Assembly: GCF_001194135.2 (NCBI RefSeq)
Contig: NC_068982.1
Span: forward strand, 129,815,548 to 129,879,547
Direction: 5' to 3'
Source: Octopus bimaculoides
Lineage: Eukaryota
Length of the DNA stretch: 64,000 bases
Shown one piece after another: positions 12,616 to 25,600 of this stretch. The notes below the pieces were generated by a model, which saw only the letters and a program-made list of their open reading frames with translations, was not told the DNA's origin and ran no database searches. A program made the translations under genes and the position numbers. Within the stretch, counting starts at the first letter, position 1. Every line of letters begins with the position of its first letter.

Positions 12616-12822
12616 CTCACCATCACCACTTTGACGTTCTTCATCGATGCCATCTTCTATATATTCTCCTTCACTCTCTACTTCACTAGATTCTTCTTCA
12701 CTATCTTCTTCACTTTCTTCCTCACTGTCTTCTTCACTCTCATCTTCCTCATCTTCATCATCATCTTCTTCTTCATCGTCTCCTTCTTCCTCATCTTCCT
12801 TTTCTCCATTTTCAGCTTCCTG
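12616..12822 (-). CDS. CASC3: CASC3 exon 4, acidic D/E-rich (QEAENGEKEDEEEG...EERQSGDGE)
   Basis: TAG|CAG acceptor (NAGNAG, alternative start 12819) and GAG|GTATGT donor; 207 nt open, phase 0-0. Confidence 0.9.
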
Positions 12823-13240
12823 CTAGGATAGTTAAAAAATAGAAAGAAATAACCATAAAAATAAAGTTTAAAAATTCAAGGTGAAAATATGTTTTAGAGC
12901 TAATGATAGGAATAATTCCATCATTACAAAGAGGAAATTTAACTAAAAAGCAATGAAAGTGAGACAGTCTAAGATTGAAAAGTGAACATATGTTTGATGT
13001 GGTTTTCAAAATTAAATATTAACCCTTTTGTTACCATACTTCTGCTGAGATGCTCTGTGGTTCTTTCAATTAATTTTAAATATAACAAAGAATTTAGTAA
13101 AATAACTTAGTTATCATTAAAGCTAGTGTCAGGAATATAAATTGTGACTAAGGTTTGGTGGAAGATTTTAATTCAGAACTTTTGGAAACGACATTTGTAC
13201 TAGAGCTAAAAGCAGTTTCAGGCAGGTTGAAGTAACTAAT

Positions 13241-13456
13241 CATCATCATCATCATCATTTAACGTCCGCTTTCCATGCTAGCATGGGTTGGACGATTTGA
13301 CTGAGGACTGGAAAGACAGCAGGCTGCACCAGGCTCCAATCTGATCTGGCAGAGTTTCTACAGCTGGATGCCCTTCCTAATGCCAACCACTTCGAGAGTG
13401 TAGTGGGTGCTTTTACGTGCCACCGGCACGAGGGCCAGTCACACAGTACTGGCAAC
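13241..13456 (-). mobile_element. RTE-type 3' tail repeat ending in (GAT)n, 1 internal sub-repeat
   Basis: catcatcat..tttaacgtccgctttccatgctagcatgggttggacg shared with copies at 19895, 21879, 48948 and 53720. Confidence 0.75.
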
Positions 13457-14444
13457 TAATATAAGTTGAAATCAGTAGTTCTCAGTAAGTTCAAGGAATT
13501 CTTTGATATATGGTCTCAATGTTTTTCTGGTATCCTTACAACTTTAAACACTTTTTACAAAATGATTTTCTTTTGTTTCACTTCAGGGATAGATTAGATC
13601 AAAAGACCTGGGTACCTTGCATTACACATTTTTATTAGGTATTCATGTAGTTAATATACTGAAAACAAAATATTTGATTTTGATTCAGTGTTACATTTGT
13701 GTGCCAATACTAGGAAACACCAACCGTTTAAAGATATAATTTCATAATTTGAACCACAAAGTTGAGAGATCTTACAGGAAACCCACTTTTGAGTTGTAAT
13801 GATTACATTGGAAACTAAAATTTTCTTTCAAAGAATGTAACTATTTGTAAAGAGTTTCAATGCAGTTATTTTTCCTATGTTGAAAGTTATTTGGTGCTTC
13901 AACATCTCTAATGAAAATACTACACATTATCCAGATTGATACTGCTATCTTAGCAATTAAAACACTTCCATTCCTCACACACATATTCATAAATGTAAAA
14001 TTACTTTTGAACAGATCCTTTCTGTTCACAAAAGAAAACTTTTCTAAATATTTCCCCCCCACTTCAATAAGTTCAGGTTAAATAATCAAAATATTTTACC
14101 CATCAACTGAATCATCAATGTGGTCCATTGTTTTATAGTTAGTCTGCAATGGTTGTTACACTCGAGAACTTAAAGATTGTTGGGTAGCCAGTATTACATC
14201 TGGTTGATCAGAAAGAACTAAATGAACAACATGGGCTGAATGTTAATTAGCCTAAACTGTTTTTGTTGGTGTTTTGTTAACACTGCAAATATAACATACC
14301 AGGTCACTTAGCAAGTAGCTTGTCAATCATAAAATCTACAATGAAATGTTATTTACCAAATGTTTTTATCTTTCTTTTAACTCTTGAGAATTTAATCATC
14401 CTATTAAACGTCTGTTTCCATCTCATTTATTTGCAAATTATTAA

Positions 14445-14663
14445 CCCTTTCATTACCATATTTCCAACGAAATACACCAGCTGCATTTCAATTAAGTTTG
14501 AATAAAGAATGTAAGAAAATAATTTTGTTTTTATTAATTAAGCTGGTGTTTGGAACAAATTAAAATAAAATTTTGGTGAAAGGTTTTAATTTACATCACT
14601 TTAAAATTAGAGGTTTCTATCATAGACCTAGAGGCTCTCTCTGGCAAGCTAGTATCAAAAGGG
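14445..14663. mobile_element. piggyBac-like MITE
   Basis: TTAA|CCCTTT...AAAGGG|TTAA, 219 bp; related degenerate copies start at 13023 and about 36110. Confidence 0.8.
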
Positions 14664-15099
14664 TTAATGTATGGTTCACAGAACTGAACCAAATGGGCCA
14701 CAAAAATGGTTGTGGGTGGATGAGAGCATTTAGGCTATTGCATAATCTGTCTGAACAAAGTCAGATGCAGCTCTCTGATGGACATTTTGTCTATTACAGC
14801 TATTATTATTGATATTACAGCTATTATTGTTGATATTATTATTATCATTATTGTTGTTGTAATCATTTGTGTTATAATTGTTGGGAATTACTGATGAGGA
14901 ACAAATAGTCTTAAAAAAAGTGAAATCTTTTAAATTTCTGAATATATGTCTATATTCTGAGACATAGACACTCTGGAGAAGGAAAGTATGGAAGCAGAAA
15001 GATCTCTCAACCAGATATAGCTTGAAAGATGCACTGAGTAATTAGGAGATAGAAACTTAAGACATAGAAGAAAACCTAAGTTTCTGAAACAACTACCTG

Positions 15100-15620
15100 T
15101 GAGCCACAAACCAGATCTATGGATGGAGAATGAGTGAATCAAGCAGATATGGTGGTAGAATAGTAATGTAGACAGCATTATAAAAGCTAAGAGATAGGCT
15201 TGTAAAGGCTTAATAAAAGGAGCAACAGTGACAATAGTAGCTAGAAGAGAAGCTAGATGTCAGATATAATTAGCACAGAGAATATGAAAGAGGTTTGCCA
15301 ATGTTTTGTAATATGGGGTGTTGCACTTGCAAAACAGTGTTCGTGGGATTGAAGACATCATTGGTGAAAAATATGCTTATAATAATAGTGGTACACTCAC
15401 CCTCACTGAAGCCAAGAAAGAAGAAGAATGAAAATGGTACTAAGGAGAACGCATTGGGGAGATGAACCAGTTATTGAAGTTGATAACTATATTGTCAGTG
15501 GCTGGACTAGATGTCAATGACTAAAAAGGGTAAACAAGATGCTCTAGAAATGAGCAACATTAAATCAATAGACTAAGTTATGAATGACTTTGTCAGAAAT
15601 ATGCAAGCCATGTACAGGAG
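15100..15620 (+). pseudogene. Degenerate RTE-like LINE ORF fragment
   Basis: Translates in pieces to DIIGEKYAYNNSGTLTLTEAKKEE, resembling the linker upstream of RTE reverse transcriptase; many stops. Confidence 0.4.
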
Positions 15621-16479
15621 TGCTGTCAGCAGAGTGAGACTTGGTAAGGAGTCCAGTACATAAGGGAGATATCCATTGGAGTTGAGTTTCCAGCCCCCTT
15701 CTGTTTATTATAGTTCCCCAGGTCATAAAAGAGAAATTGAACACGAGCTATTGATGGGATTTCCTGTATATCAAAAAATCTATTTCTCAAAATTGAATTA
15801 GCCAAAGTTTCCAAAAGGAAGTAAAATCTAGAGAGATCTAAAAGTAAGCGTAGCAAAGATACAAATTTTACTTAGCAAGAAAAAATACAGAATTTTACTG
15901 CCATCTGAAACAAGAGTATGCTTGAGATTAATAGAAGTAGTGAATCATGGGCAGGTGGACAAAAGATTCTGTATGTAGAAAATGCAGGGGTAGTTAGCTT
16001 TAAGAGCACCCATGGAAAACATTTTCCCAAAGAATCAGAAGACTTCCAAGAGGTATTAGATAGCATGTTACCATGGTGACTAAATTAGCAGCAGAAACAG
16101 ATATTCAAAAACCAGAGCTATTAACTATGCTGGTAACAAAGAAATTCCCTGAGTAAAGAGCAAACTGCATGAGGCTTATGTAAAAATGTGCAATACAGTA
16201 CGATAGCAAAATATCAGCTAACAGTGTTATGCCTGATTCTAGTTTACACTTAGTTATAAAAGAAAGCATAATTCACAGTCTAATGCCAACCACTTTATAG
16301 TGTACTGATTATATTTTATTATGGAATCATTAGTAGACAGATTGTAATGTCTTTAGAAAACTAAAGAGTTTTCCTGACCCTATGTTGTCTCCAGTTATTC
16401 ATCAACTCCTTTACAGAGTACACTGTAAGGTTTTCTTATCCCTTGCAAGTGTCCTCACTATCTTGTCTCTGTTCTTTCA

Positions 16480-17125
16480 AGACATCACTGAGAAGATGAA
16501 TAGAAGAGTCAGGTGAGGTGAGGTGTGGGTGCATGTGCTGTTGCATTCACCATTTATAGGTATATTCCTGGGTCCTCTCAGGCAACCCATCAAGCAGAGC
16601 CCCAGACAGTCCCCGTCTCTGCAAGATACTTCCTCATCTGTTATGAACATGTGGCATGTGGTTGACCAACATGACCTGTCAACCCAGCTGGATCCTCAAT
16701 CAAGAGGACACAGTAAGAAAGGTCTAACTCAGAAAATCAAGCAACACGGCCATACAGTCTGAGCTGGTGTTCCTGAACCAAACAAGTAACATGATGCATC
16801 CCAGTTTCTGAGTAGATTCAGTGGTTGGATATGAAATTCAACCAACGGGGTAACTCATAATCCTGTGATGTGTCCTGGTATCAAAGGAGTTCTGGCAGAT
16901 CCTAAGTGTTCTAGTCTCACAACTGTAGAACAGGACAGGGTGAACCAGATATGTAGAATCCTGAACATTTGTCCTTCTGCTCAGATATCGACAGTGCCGA
17001 ACATCCTCGTTCAATGAGTCAGCAACTGCATCAGCGTGTCCAAGTCTTTTTAGCTAATGCTACTATGTATGTCATTGCTGAGATAAGTGAAGTGGTCAAC
17101 AACTTTCAACATTCTCATCCACAAC
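16480..17125 (-). pseudogene. Degenerate RTE-clade LINE 3' fragment
   Basis: Minus-strand pieces VVDHFTYL, PVLFYSCET and QLRLYGRVA match RTE C-terminal motifs; disrupted. Confidence 0.55.
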
Positions 17126-17422
17126 AGACAGAAAAAGAAGCAGGATGAGAAGGTGAAAAAGTAATGGATGTAATAGCAGCTATATATTCTTAACTGGTAA
17201 GGAGATTGAATAGAAACTCAGTATGAGTGGTACAAGTGAAATGGGGTAAAAAAAAATGAAAGGAAATGAGATAGTTGATGAAAGAGGAGGTAATGGAAGT
17301 GACAGAGTGGATGTATGTTAACAATAAGTGATTGGGAAGGGTATGTGTGAGAGAGATGGAAAACAATAACTGAAGCTGGGTGATGGTAAGAGAGATAAAA
17401 TGTGATAAATAGCACTAGAGAT

Positions 17423-17424
<2 letters not shown>

Positions 17425-17469
<45 letters not shown>

Positions 17470-17485
17470 AGAGAAAGAGAGAGAG
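17425..17485. repeat. (GA)n microsatellite
   Basis: Direct reading. Confidence 0.95.
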
Positions 17486-17823
17486 ATATGGCCGCCAATG
17501 AGTGAACTAGGATTGAGGAAGTGATGACTACTAGTACAGAAGGTAGGAAGTAGAGATATTGAGTACAAACAAATCTGAAATGTCATCCCATGCAGGTGAC
17601 AGTGTACATTGAATGGATAATATTGGTGAGTGATAGATGAGAGAGCAACAAAAAGAGAGTTAGTAAATGGAGACTTCAGTAACATGCAGCAACTAAAAAC
17701 TAAACTAATTAAAATAGTTTTATTAGGAAGAACACAACTGTGGGGAATTTTGTGATAGGCTATAATAAAGCATTATTCTGGTAGGAGATATTTCATTAAA
17801 AAGGTATACAACCAATGCTTTAA

Positions 17824-18031
17824 CCCTTTAGCATTAAGATTACTTTGTCAACTATTCATATTACTCTAAATTAATCATACATTATCTCATAGCTCTGAGA
17901 TTTCAATGATGTAATTGTTTATGATTCGAATGACATTTGTGGGTAGGTGTGAGAGGACTGATCATGTCAGTTTGAACACAGAACAGGTAGAACATTTAAG
18001 GTCAGATATGGCTGGTTTAAGTGCTGAAGGG
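17824..18031. mobile_element. piggyBac-like MITE, second family
   Basis: TTAA|CCCTTTAGCA...TGCTGAAGGG|TTAC; homologous copy begins at 23291 (TTAA|CCCTTTAGCATC). Confidence 0.7.
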
Positions 18032-18079
18032 TTACAAATGTTATTGATTTGAAAAGTATTTCTATAAATAACTAATAAC

Positions 18080-18480
18080 AATAATCATTTCTAGCAGGGG
18101 TACAAAGCTACAGATTTGAGGGTGGGAAGGATAAGTTGATTAAACTGACTCAGTACTTTTTGTTCATGCTTGAAGAATGAAAGGCAAAGTTGACCTTGGT
18201 TCAATTGAAACTCAATGTAGAGAGTTAGAATAAATATAAATATTGCAAGGCATTTGTCTGAAGATCTAATGGTTCTGCCAATTCACCACCAAATAATTTC
18301 TAATTTAAGCACAAGACCAGTAATTTTGAGGGGAAGAGCTAGTCAGTAAATTGACCCAGGTGCTGGATAGTTACTTTATTTTATCAGCCCGGAAAGGATG
18401 AAAGGTAAAGTTAATCCAGGCAGGATTTGAACTCAAAATGCGAAGAGTGTAAACAAATACAGCAAGGTATTTTTCGAATA
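18080..18480 (-). mobile_element. Two tandem degenerate tRNA-derived SINE copies
   Basis: Each contains gaaaggatgaaagg..aaagtt....ttgaactca, as in the clean copy at 39612-39842. Confidence 0.6.
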
Positions 18481-18645
18481 CTTAAATGATTTTAGACACA
18501 AAGCAGATCTAAAAGTGAACCATCCTTAACAATGTTTAAACACGAATGTTCTTAAAAGATATATCACAGTCAGAATTTGATGATATAAAAAGAGTATCAA
18601 ATAAATAACAATTTGGGGTCAGTGAATCAAGTTGCAGCAATTATA

Positions 18646-19428
18646 TGAGGTGGTGTCAAAAGTTCCCGGACTAGTTTACATTTAATAAAAAATAACTTAT
18701 TTACCTAAGTTTTAACATCATTTCCTTGCATAGCAATACACCGGTCCCAGCATTTCTGTCACTTTTGGAATCCGGCCTGGAAGTCGTTTTCCATAAATGC
18801 GTTGAAGACCTTCTGCGATTCATTCTAGATCTTGACAATGGTGTTAAAGCGGCAACCTTTCAGCTGCATTTTCATTTTGGGGAAGACATGGAAGTTTGCA
18901 GATGCTAAATCTGGTGACTGTGGAAGTGATACCATGTTGTTTTTGGTAAGAAACTCAAGAGTGAAGAGAGCTTGATGACAGAGTGCATTGTTGTGAAGAA
19001 TCCAATCAAATCTGGTTACTTTTACTGAATGTCCTACTTAAAATGCTTCAAAATGTTGCAGTAGAACAGATTGACAATCTGGCCCTGGAGGACGAATTCT
19101 CGATGCACAATACCGCAGATGTCAGAAAAGACTATGAGCATGCTCTTGATTGAGCTGTGGCTCTGTTGTGCACCTGTGTCAATCGAAACATTACTTGACC
19201 CACTGCCTTGCCGCTGTAAGCTTGCTGAAGCATGCTCAGTATCTCTGTAGCAAACTTCACAAGTTTATCACATGATCACAAAAGCACAAATTTCACAACT
19301 TGTGAAGTAAATACAGCGATGTCACTTGGAGTACTGCCTCACGAAGGTCACTGCTAGCTCTCACTGAGCACGCAACTGTGTTTGGGTGCGCTACAGAACT
19401 AGTCTGGGAACTTTTTGATACTATCTCA
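18646..19428 (-). mobile_element. Internally deleted mariner element (783 bp)
   Basis: 31-bp TIRs tgaggtggtgtcaaaaagttcccggactagt / tgagatagtatcaaaaagttcccagactagt, TA on both sides; minus strand encodes PQSPDLASANFHVFPKMK..LKGCRF..WDRCI. Confidence 0.9.
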
Positions 19429-19539
19429 TATTTTAAATTACATTTATAATATCTAACTTGCACCAATGATTTCATAGCTTTAGGATTGAAACAAAATAAA
19501 ATTGCCGCTCAATAATATGACTATCAACTGATCAGATGT

Positions 19540-20211
19540 ACACTTTGTCTGCTTCAAGCCACAGAAAACTGGGAAAATATGGCCCAGCAATGCATTTTAT
19601 CACATTGGTGAATTTCATCAATGAAAGAATGCCATCATTACTGCTGTTTGGGGATGAATGCTCAGAGAGTGTTACCACTAGAATAAGAATAGCCTGGGCA
19701 AAGTTTAGAAAGCTTCTACCCCTACTGGTGACAAAGGGCCTCTCATTCAGAGTGAAAGGTAAACTGTACAATGCATGTGTGCGAACTGCCATGCTTTACG
19801 GTAGTGAAACATGGGCCGTGACTGCGGAGGATATGTGTAGGTTCGAAAGAAATAAAAATCAAAATAAAAATCAAATGGAAATTGTAATTTGTGATACCCG
19901 TACTGGTGGCATGTAAAAAGCACCATCTGAACGTGGCCGATGCTAGTGCTGCCTTGACTGGCTTCTGTGCCGGTGGCACATAAAAAGCACCAACCGATCG
20001 TGGCTGTTGCCAGCTCCCTTTGGCCTTGTGCCGGTGGCACGTAAAAAGCACCCACTACACTCATGGAGTGGTTGGCTTTAGGAAGGGCATCCAGCTGTAG
20101 AAACACTGCCAGATCAGACTGGAGCCTAGTGCAGCCTCCTGGCTTCCCAGACCCTGGTCGAACCGTCCAACCCATGCTAGCATGGAAAATGGACGTTAAA
20201 CGATGATGATG
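19540..20211 (+). mobile_element. RTE LINE fragment joined to its 3' tail
   Basis: RIRIAWAKFRKLLPLL..KGKLYNACVRTAMLYGSETW, then three sub-repeats and ggacgttaaacgatgatgat. Confidence 0.85.
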
Positions 20212-20354
20212 AATATTTTTCTTCAGATTTTTTTTTTTTTTTTGTAATTTACAGACTTAACTGTTCATTGAAAGTATATTAACCAGAGCAGTTAGTTCTT
20301 TCAAAAGATAACAGAGAAATATAATATATTCTTTTAAAAAGTTAATAAACTTAC

Positions 20355-20404
20355 AGTAGATTTTTTTCCATCACCAACACTCTCATAATCAGACACTTCA
20401 ACTT
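20355..20404 (-). CDS. CASC3: CASC3 exon 3, 50 nt (EVEVSDYESVGDGKKST)
   Basis: ctttcag acceptor and ACT|GTAAGT donor; SDYES motif matches human VLSDYES; phase 1 to 0 restores frame. Confidence 0.9.
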
Positions 20405-21319
20405 CTGAAAGTTAGAAATAATAAAATAACTTAGATATGACTATCAATATGATATTTCTTTAAAGTAAGCATGACTGAATTTCTAGCAGACAACTTACAA
20501 TTAAGAAGCTAAAAATAAAACAGGAATTGGTTGTATCGAAAATTTGAATAGAAATTGAAGTGATTGAAATTTTAAGCATTTTAAATATCATTTTTGAATA
20601 AAGAGGGAAGCCATTACCTATGACTCTTTACAGGGCTTGAGACTTGTGAAAGACATTCAGAAACTGAGGTTTGGTCTGAATACTTGCAACAGAATGGACT
20701 CTACAAAAGGCACCCAAGGTGCCAGATGATAGTGTTAAATGAGGCTGTGTGGTAAATTTACAATACAAGCAGACCATAGTAAGATTTGAACTCAGAATGT
20801 AAATGCTATGAGGTATCCTTTGTGTTGTTCTTACAGTTCCCAAGAAAGGTACTTTTCTTTTTTTTTAACAAATCTGAAGGTTGAATAGCAAAGTTCACCG
20901 TGGCAGGATTTGGACCTAGAGCACAAAGAGCTGGGCAAAATACCACAAGCATTCTATCCAATCCTAACAATTCAACCAATTTGCCACTTATTGATGAAAG
21001 AAATTATAATTGGTTAATGGAATCTTGCTTTTAACAAATACCTTACCATGAAGGAAAATGGATTCTCATTGATTTATATTACAAAAGCCTAAGTACAAAA
21101 ACATATAGAGAAGATTGATCATGTCAACAAAGTTAATGACAAATGAAAAAAATATATATCAATAAGCTAACTGAATACATGTTATTTTGGCTTGATATTC
21201 TCCATTTAAGTAGTTACAAGACCAAATTGTTTTGTTGATAACCAGCAAGTTTTCTAATAATATCCAGCATTTTTGTAAATAAAAATTTATTAAGTTTAAA
21301 AAAAAATTTTATTACTTAC

Positions 21320-21344
21320 CATCTGAATGTTCATCTTCACTAAC
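21320..21344 (-). CDS. CASC3: CASC3 exon 2, 25-nt micro-exon (VSEDEHSD+G)
   Basis: tttttccag acceptor and G|GTAAGT donor; aligns with human ESEDGIEGD; phase 0 to 1. Confidence 0.85.
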
Positions 21345-21878
21345 CTGGAAAAATTACAGTGAAAATGTTACTGATTTTCAACACTGATTTTTTTCATAAT
21401 AATTTTTAAATAAATAACAATAATAACTGAAACTAATGGTTTCTCCCCACCCCACGCCCATCCCATATAGTGAAATGAAGGACCTATGAGACTGGTGGGA
21501 GAAAGTTATCCCCAGATTAGAGATCTTGCTTGAATGTGTATTCTGCTAAATTGTTCAACTGGTTAACAGTCTGCTACCTGAAAACAAGAAAGGATCCTCA
21601 GAGAAGCTTCCAAGACAGTTTTTGTGTACTAAATTTCAATGAAAAGAATTTGGTCAAGTTAAGGCTATGGTAGGAGACACTTCCTCAAAGTAACACACAA
21701 TGGGATCAAACCATAGGCCACATAGCGACAAAAGAATTCAACAATCCAGCAATGCCTACATTCATACAATATTATACAGACTAATAAAATCCTACATTAT
21801 TTTTATCATTGCAAGTAATAAAAATCCTTTTCAGTTCTATATTCAAGAGATGAGGAATTATGTACATAATTTACATTT

Positions 21879-22425
21879 CATCATCATCATCGTTTAACGT
21901 CCACTTTCCATGCTAGCATGGGTTGGACGATTTGATTGAGGACTGGTGAACCAGATGGCTACACCAGACTCCAAACTGATTTGGTAGACTTTCTACAGCT
22001 GGATGCCCTTCCTAACGCCAACCACTCCAAGAGTGTTGTGGGTGCTTTTACGTGCCACCGGCACGAGGGCCAGTCACACGCTACTGGCAACGGCCATGCT
22101 CAAAATGGTGTTTTTTACATGCCACTTGCACAGGAGCCAGTCTAGCAGCACTAGCAACGACCTCGCTCGAATGTCTTTTCATGTGCCACCGGCACAAGTG
22201 CTAGGAAGGTGATGCTGGTAATGATCACGCTCAAATGGTGCTATTTACGTGCCACTGGCACGGAAGCCAGATAGCTGCTCTGGCAACGATTACACTCGCA
22301 CGGTGCTCTTAGCGCTCCACTGGTACAGGTGCCATCACGATTTCGCTTTCACTTGCCCCAAGAGGTCTTCACAAACCGAGTTTAGTGTCCGGTGAAGGAG
22401 ACGTTGGCATGGGTGCCAGTTGTTG
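21879..22425 (-). mobile_element. RTE-type 3' tail repeat with 5 internal sub-repeats
   Basis: (CAT)n tail; about 65-bp units tttacgtgccaccggcac... near 22047, 22115, 22177, 22244 and 22308. Confidence 0.75.
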
Positions 22426-22436
22426 AATTTAGTTCG

Positions 22437-22643
22437 ATTTGATGGATATTTGTCCTCATCTTGTTTGTTGTTAACACAACATTTCAGCTGCTATACCCTC
22501 CAACCATCATCAGGTGTCTTGGGGAAATTTTAGGAATGAGAACCCAGGTTCGAAATTTCCCCAAGACATCTGATGAAGGCTGGAGGGTATATCAGCTGAA
22601 ACGTGTTAACAACAAACAAGATGAGGACAAATATCCATCAAAT
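22437..22643. mobile_element. Inverted repeat (arms 22437-22530 and 22553-22643), probable Penelope-like remnant with hammerhead-like cores
   Basis: About 92-bp arms with a 22-nt loop; CTGATGA-n-GG(C/T)TG...CAGCT-GAAA(C/T)GT in both arms. Confidence 0.7.
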
Positions 22644-25600
22644 GCAAATAATGTAAAAATCCTTTTATTTAAGATTGCATTAACTAGCTCAAAATTAAAA
22701 AAAATATATATATATATATATGATTACACATTATTTAAGTGAAAATACTACAAATATTAAAATTTTAGTTTACAGTTAACAAAATCAATAGTAGTTTAAA
22801 ATGTATATTGAAAAAAATTAAATGTATTGAAAATAAAACGTTTTGTAAGTAATTAGGTGCTAGAAATAAACTTTAAGACTATAATAAAAAGGAAAAAAGT
22901 TAATTTGGACAATAGCCATAGAAAATTACATCTTATGGACTAATTTTAGGAGGTTAAGAAGTACTGTTGGAGAGACATTATAAGAAAGAAAGAAACAAAC
23001 CCATAATCTTAGAGTCAGAAATTAACCTTTGATTATAATAGTTAAGAAAGTACTGGTTTTCACAATACTAGAAAGTACACTAGGTATGTAACTTACTTAG
23101 AGTGTCCACAAATGTCTACACAGGCAATAATCTAATATTAGAGCATTAACATTTTTATAACCAATATTTTATTGGTTCTGTTTTTCATTGCACTTTTTAA
23201 TGCTGCTTTTATTAGGAGTGTTTATTTTTTTTATTCCATTGAGTATCAAAGTATGATACAGCTGATTTCATCTATTTTTGTCGTCTTTAACCCTTTAGCA
23301 TCAAATTACTGTCAAATGTAATATTTATTCACAGTGTTTTGAATTAATTATATATTATTATACATTATCTTGTAGCATTGAGATTTCAATGATGTGATTG
23401 TTTATTTTTAGAATGACATTCTACGATAGCTATGAGAGGCCAGATCTAGCCAGTTTAAACATAAAACAGGTACAATATTTGGGTTGGATATGACTGAATG
23501 AAATGTTTAAGTGATTTAAATTAAAACCTTCCATCAAAGTTTCCTGTTAAATGAGTCAAATACCAGCTTAATAACGACAAAGTTATATTACTAAATTATT
23601 CATAATTTTTTAAATTAATTGAAACAGAAGCAGAGTATAGCAACAAAATGATTGAGGGTTTTTCAAATAAAAAAAGAGCAAATTCTGAAAATTACGCAAA
23701 ATATAAAGAAAGGGATTTTGTCATATTTACTTAAAGACTATGCAACTGTAGTGACTAAGAATTCACATAAGTTTACCGATTTCTTCAACTTTATCAGCAC
23801 AGGGAGTGAGAATGCCTTTAATATACTGAATTTTTTTTATTGTTCAAACAGTGAACAAAACCAATTTACTGCTACTGTTAGTTTGTTACTCAATTAAAGG
23901 CTTTGCTCTCTTAATTATTGCTTTCAGCTTTTTACAAGTTTAAAACTTTGTATGAAACGGAAACTATGACCTTTGAATGTAGAAATTCTTAAGTACAATT
24001 TAGGTCAGAGACAAGAGACTATAAAACAGAAAAATCATTGAAATATTTTAATGACCATAACTGCAAGTGGCAACTACAAGCCATTGATCTACAATTTCTC
24101 TGTAGACATGAAGTTCAGCTAATCTTTGTCCAATTAAATATTCTCAAAGTTGTCTGTTAGGATTGTGAGAAATTTCAGCCTCATATCTTCTGTTACAGAC
24201 ACCTACATGTGAAATGAAAGTAATATAAAATTCAGTTTTCAATATTGATAGTTGTGATAATCAAATAAATTCTGTTTTAATTATCTAAGTCTTAATCCTA
24301 ATTCTGATTTAGGATAACATCAGTAAATTACACAATGTTTAAAGATTAAGCTCCTGATAGACAAGATACTAAATATTATAAATTAATAGCAAAGAATAAG
24401 ATCAGAGAACTTCATAACAGTTTATTTCTATTGTTGCCTTTAAGTCATTAAATCTTTCGTCCAGTATCTTTTCACCCCAATAGAGTATCCTGGAAACATG
24501 TTAAAACAAGAAAGTGAAAAATGATCAGAACAATGTGTTAGTCAATATGAGCTAAAAATAACCTAACTACTTCCACCACAAAAAAAAAAGGTGTAATTCT
24601 AATTGATTTGTTAAAACATGAAATTATTACTTTTAGTATTTAGCAAATGAAAGTGAAGGATAGATAATTAAAAGAGTTTAAAAATATAAAGGTAATATAT
24701 ATATAAGAAAATAGGAAAAATTAGAAACTGAAGGAACTGTTAGAAAGTTAATCATTTTAGAATACCTTTGCTGTCTATTAAGCAAACAAGCTGTAGACAT
24801 TGTAGATATGTACACAATTACAATAATCAAATATATTCTAAAAGCAAACAAATTTTTGTCTTAAAAGACATTGCCTAATTTATTTTCATGATAATACAAC
24901 TAAAATCAATGAAGAGGAAATTTCTATTTGTATCAGTGTGAAGGATTAAAAATGCTTCACTTCTTAATGCGATAACCACAGAAATGTCTGCAGTAAAATA
25001 AATTAATCTTCATTCTGTTTACTCGGAGTAAACTAGATACAGAAACCTGATAAGGCCCTCACAAAAGAAATAGATGTGTTGATATTATAGGAATCTTAAT
25101 GAGTACAAAATATCAATGATATTTGGTGATATATATGGTGATATTTTAAAAGCCAATAATTGTAGCAACTAAGTCTCAAACTTGATCAAGTCTTGTGAAA
25201 ATGCAATTTTGTATTTATTTGATGCTAATTTTTCTAACTTGTAAATTAAGAAGAAAAATTCCAAGACTTTTTGGAATGGATATTTTTTCTAGTAGAAAGC
25301 ATTCTGCTTTGTAAAGGCAATTGAATAATTGAAGTAATGTGATCCTGTTAAAGTATTAAGCAGTGAAAGGTGAAGGATTTATAAGATCCAGTACAGAATT
25401 AAATTAACATGATACTAATGCTTGTGTAATACAATTGTTGGGGATTAAATTCAACAGCTTGCTAGCTGTAGTGACCAAGATATTAAGAGTGAGGTAATTA
25501 ATCATAAAAGCTTCCCAGGAACATATAGCTCTCATGGAAGATACACTTTCTTAATCTTATGTCAACTACAAGAATTTGCTACTCTTCAGAGGTAAAAAAA

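Noticed and set aside
12577-12831. 84-aa hydrophobic plus-strand ORF
   Set aside because: Antisense reading of the GAA/GAT-rich acidic exon 4.
14100-14282. Exon-like segment (ttgcag acceptor, GG|GTAAAA donor) containing a VLSD look-alike
   Set aside because: Stops in all three frames, and the true SDYES exon is at 20355-20404. A poison exon cannot be excluded but nothing supports it.
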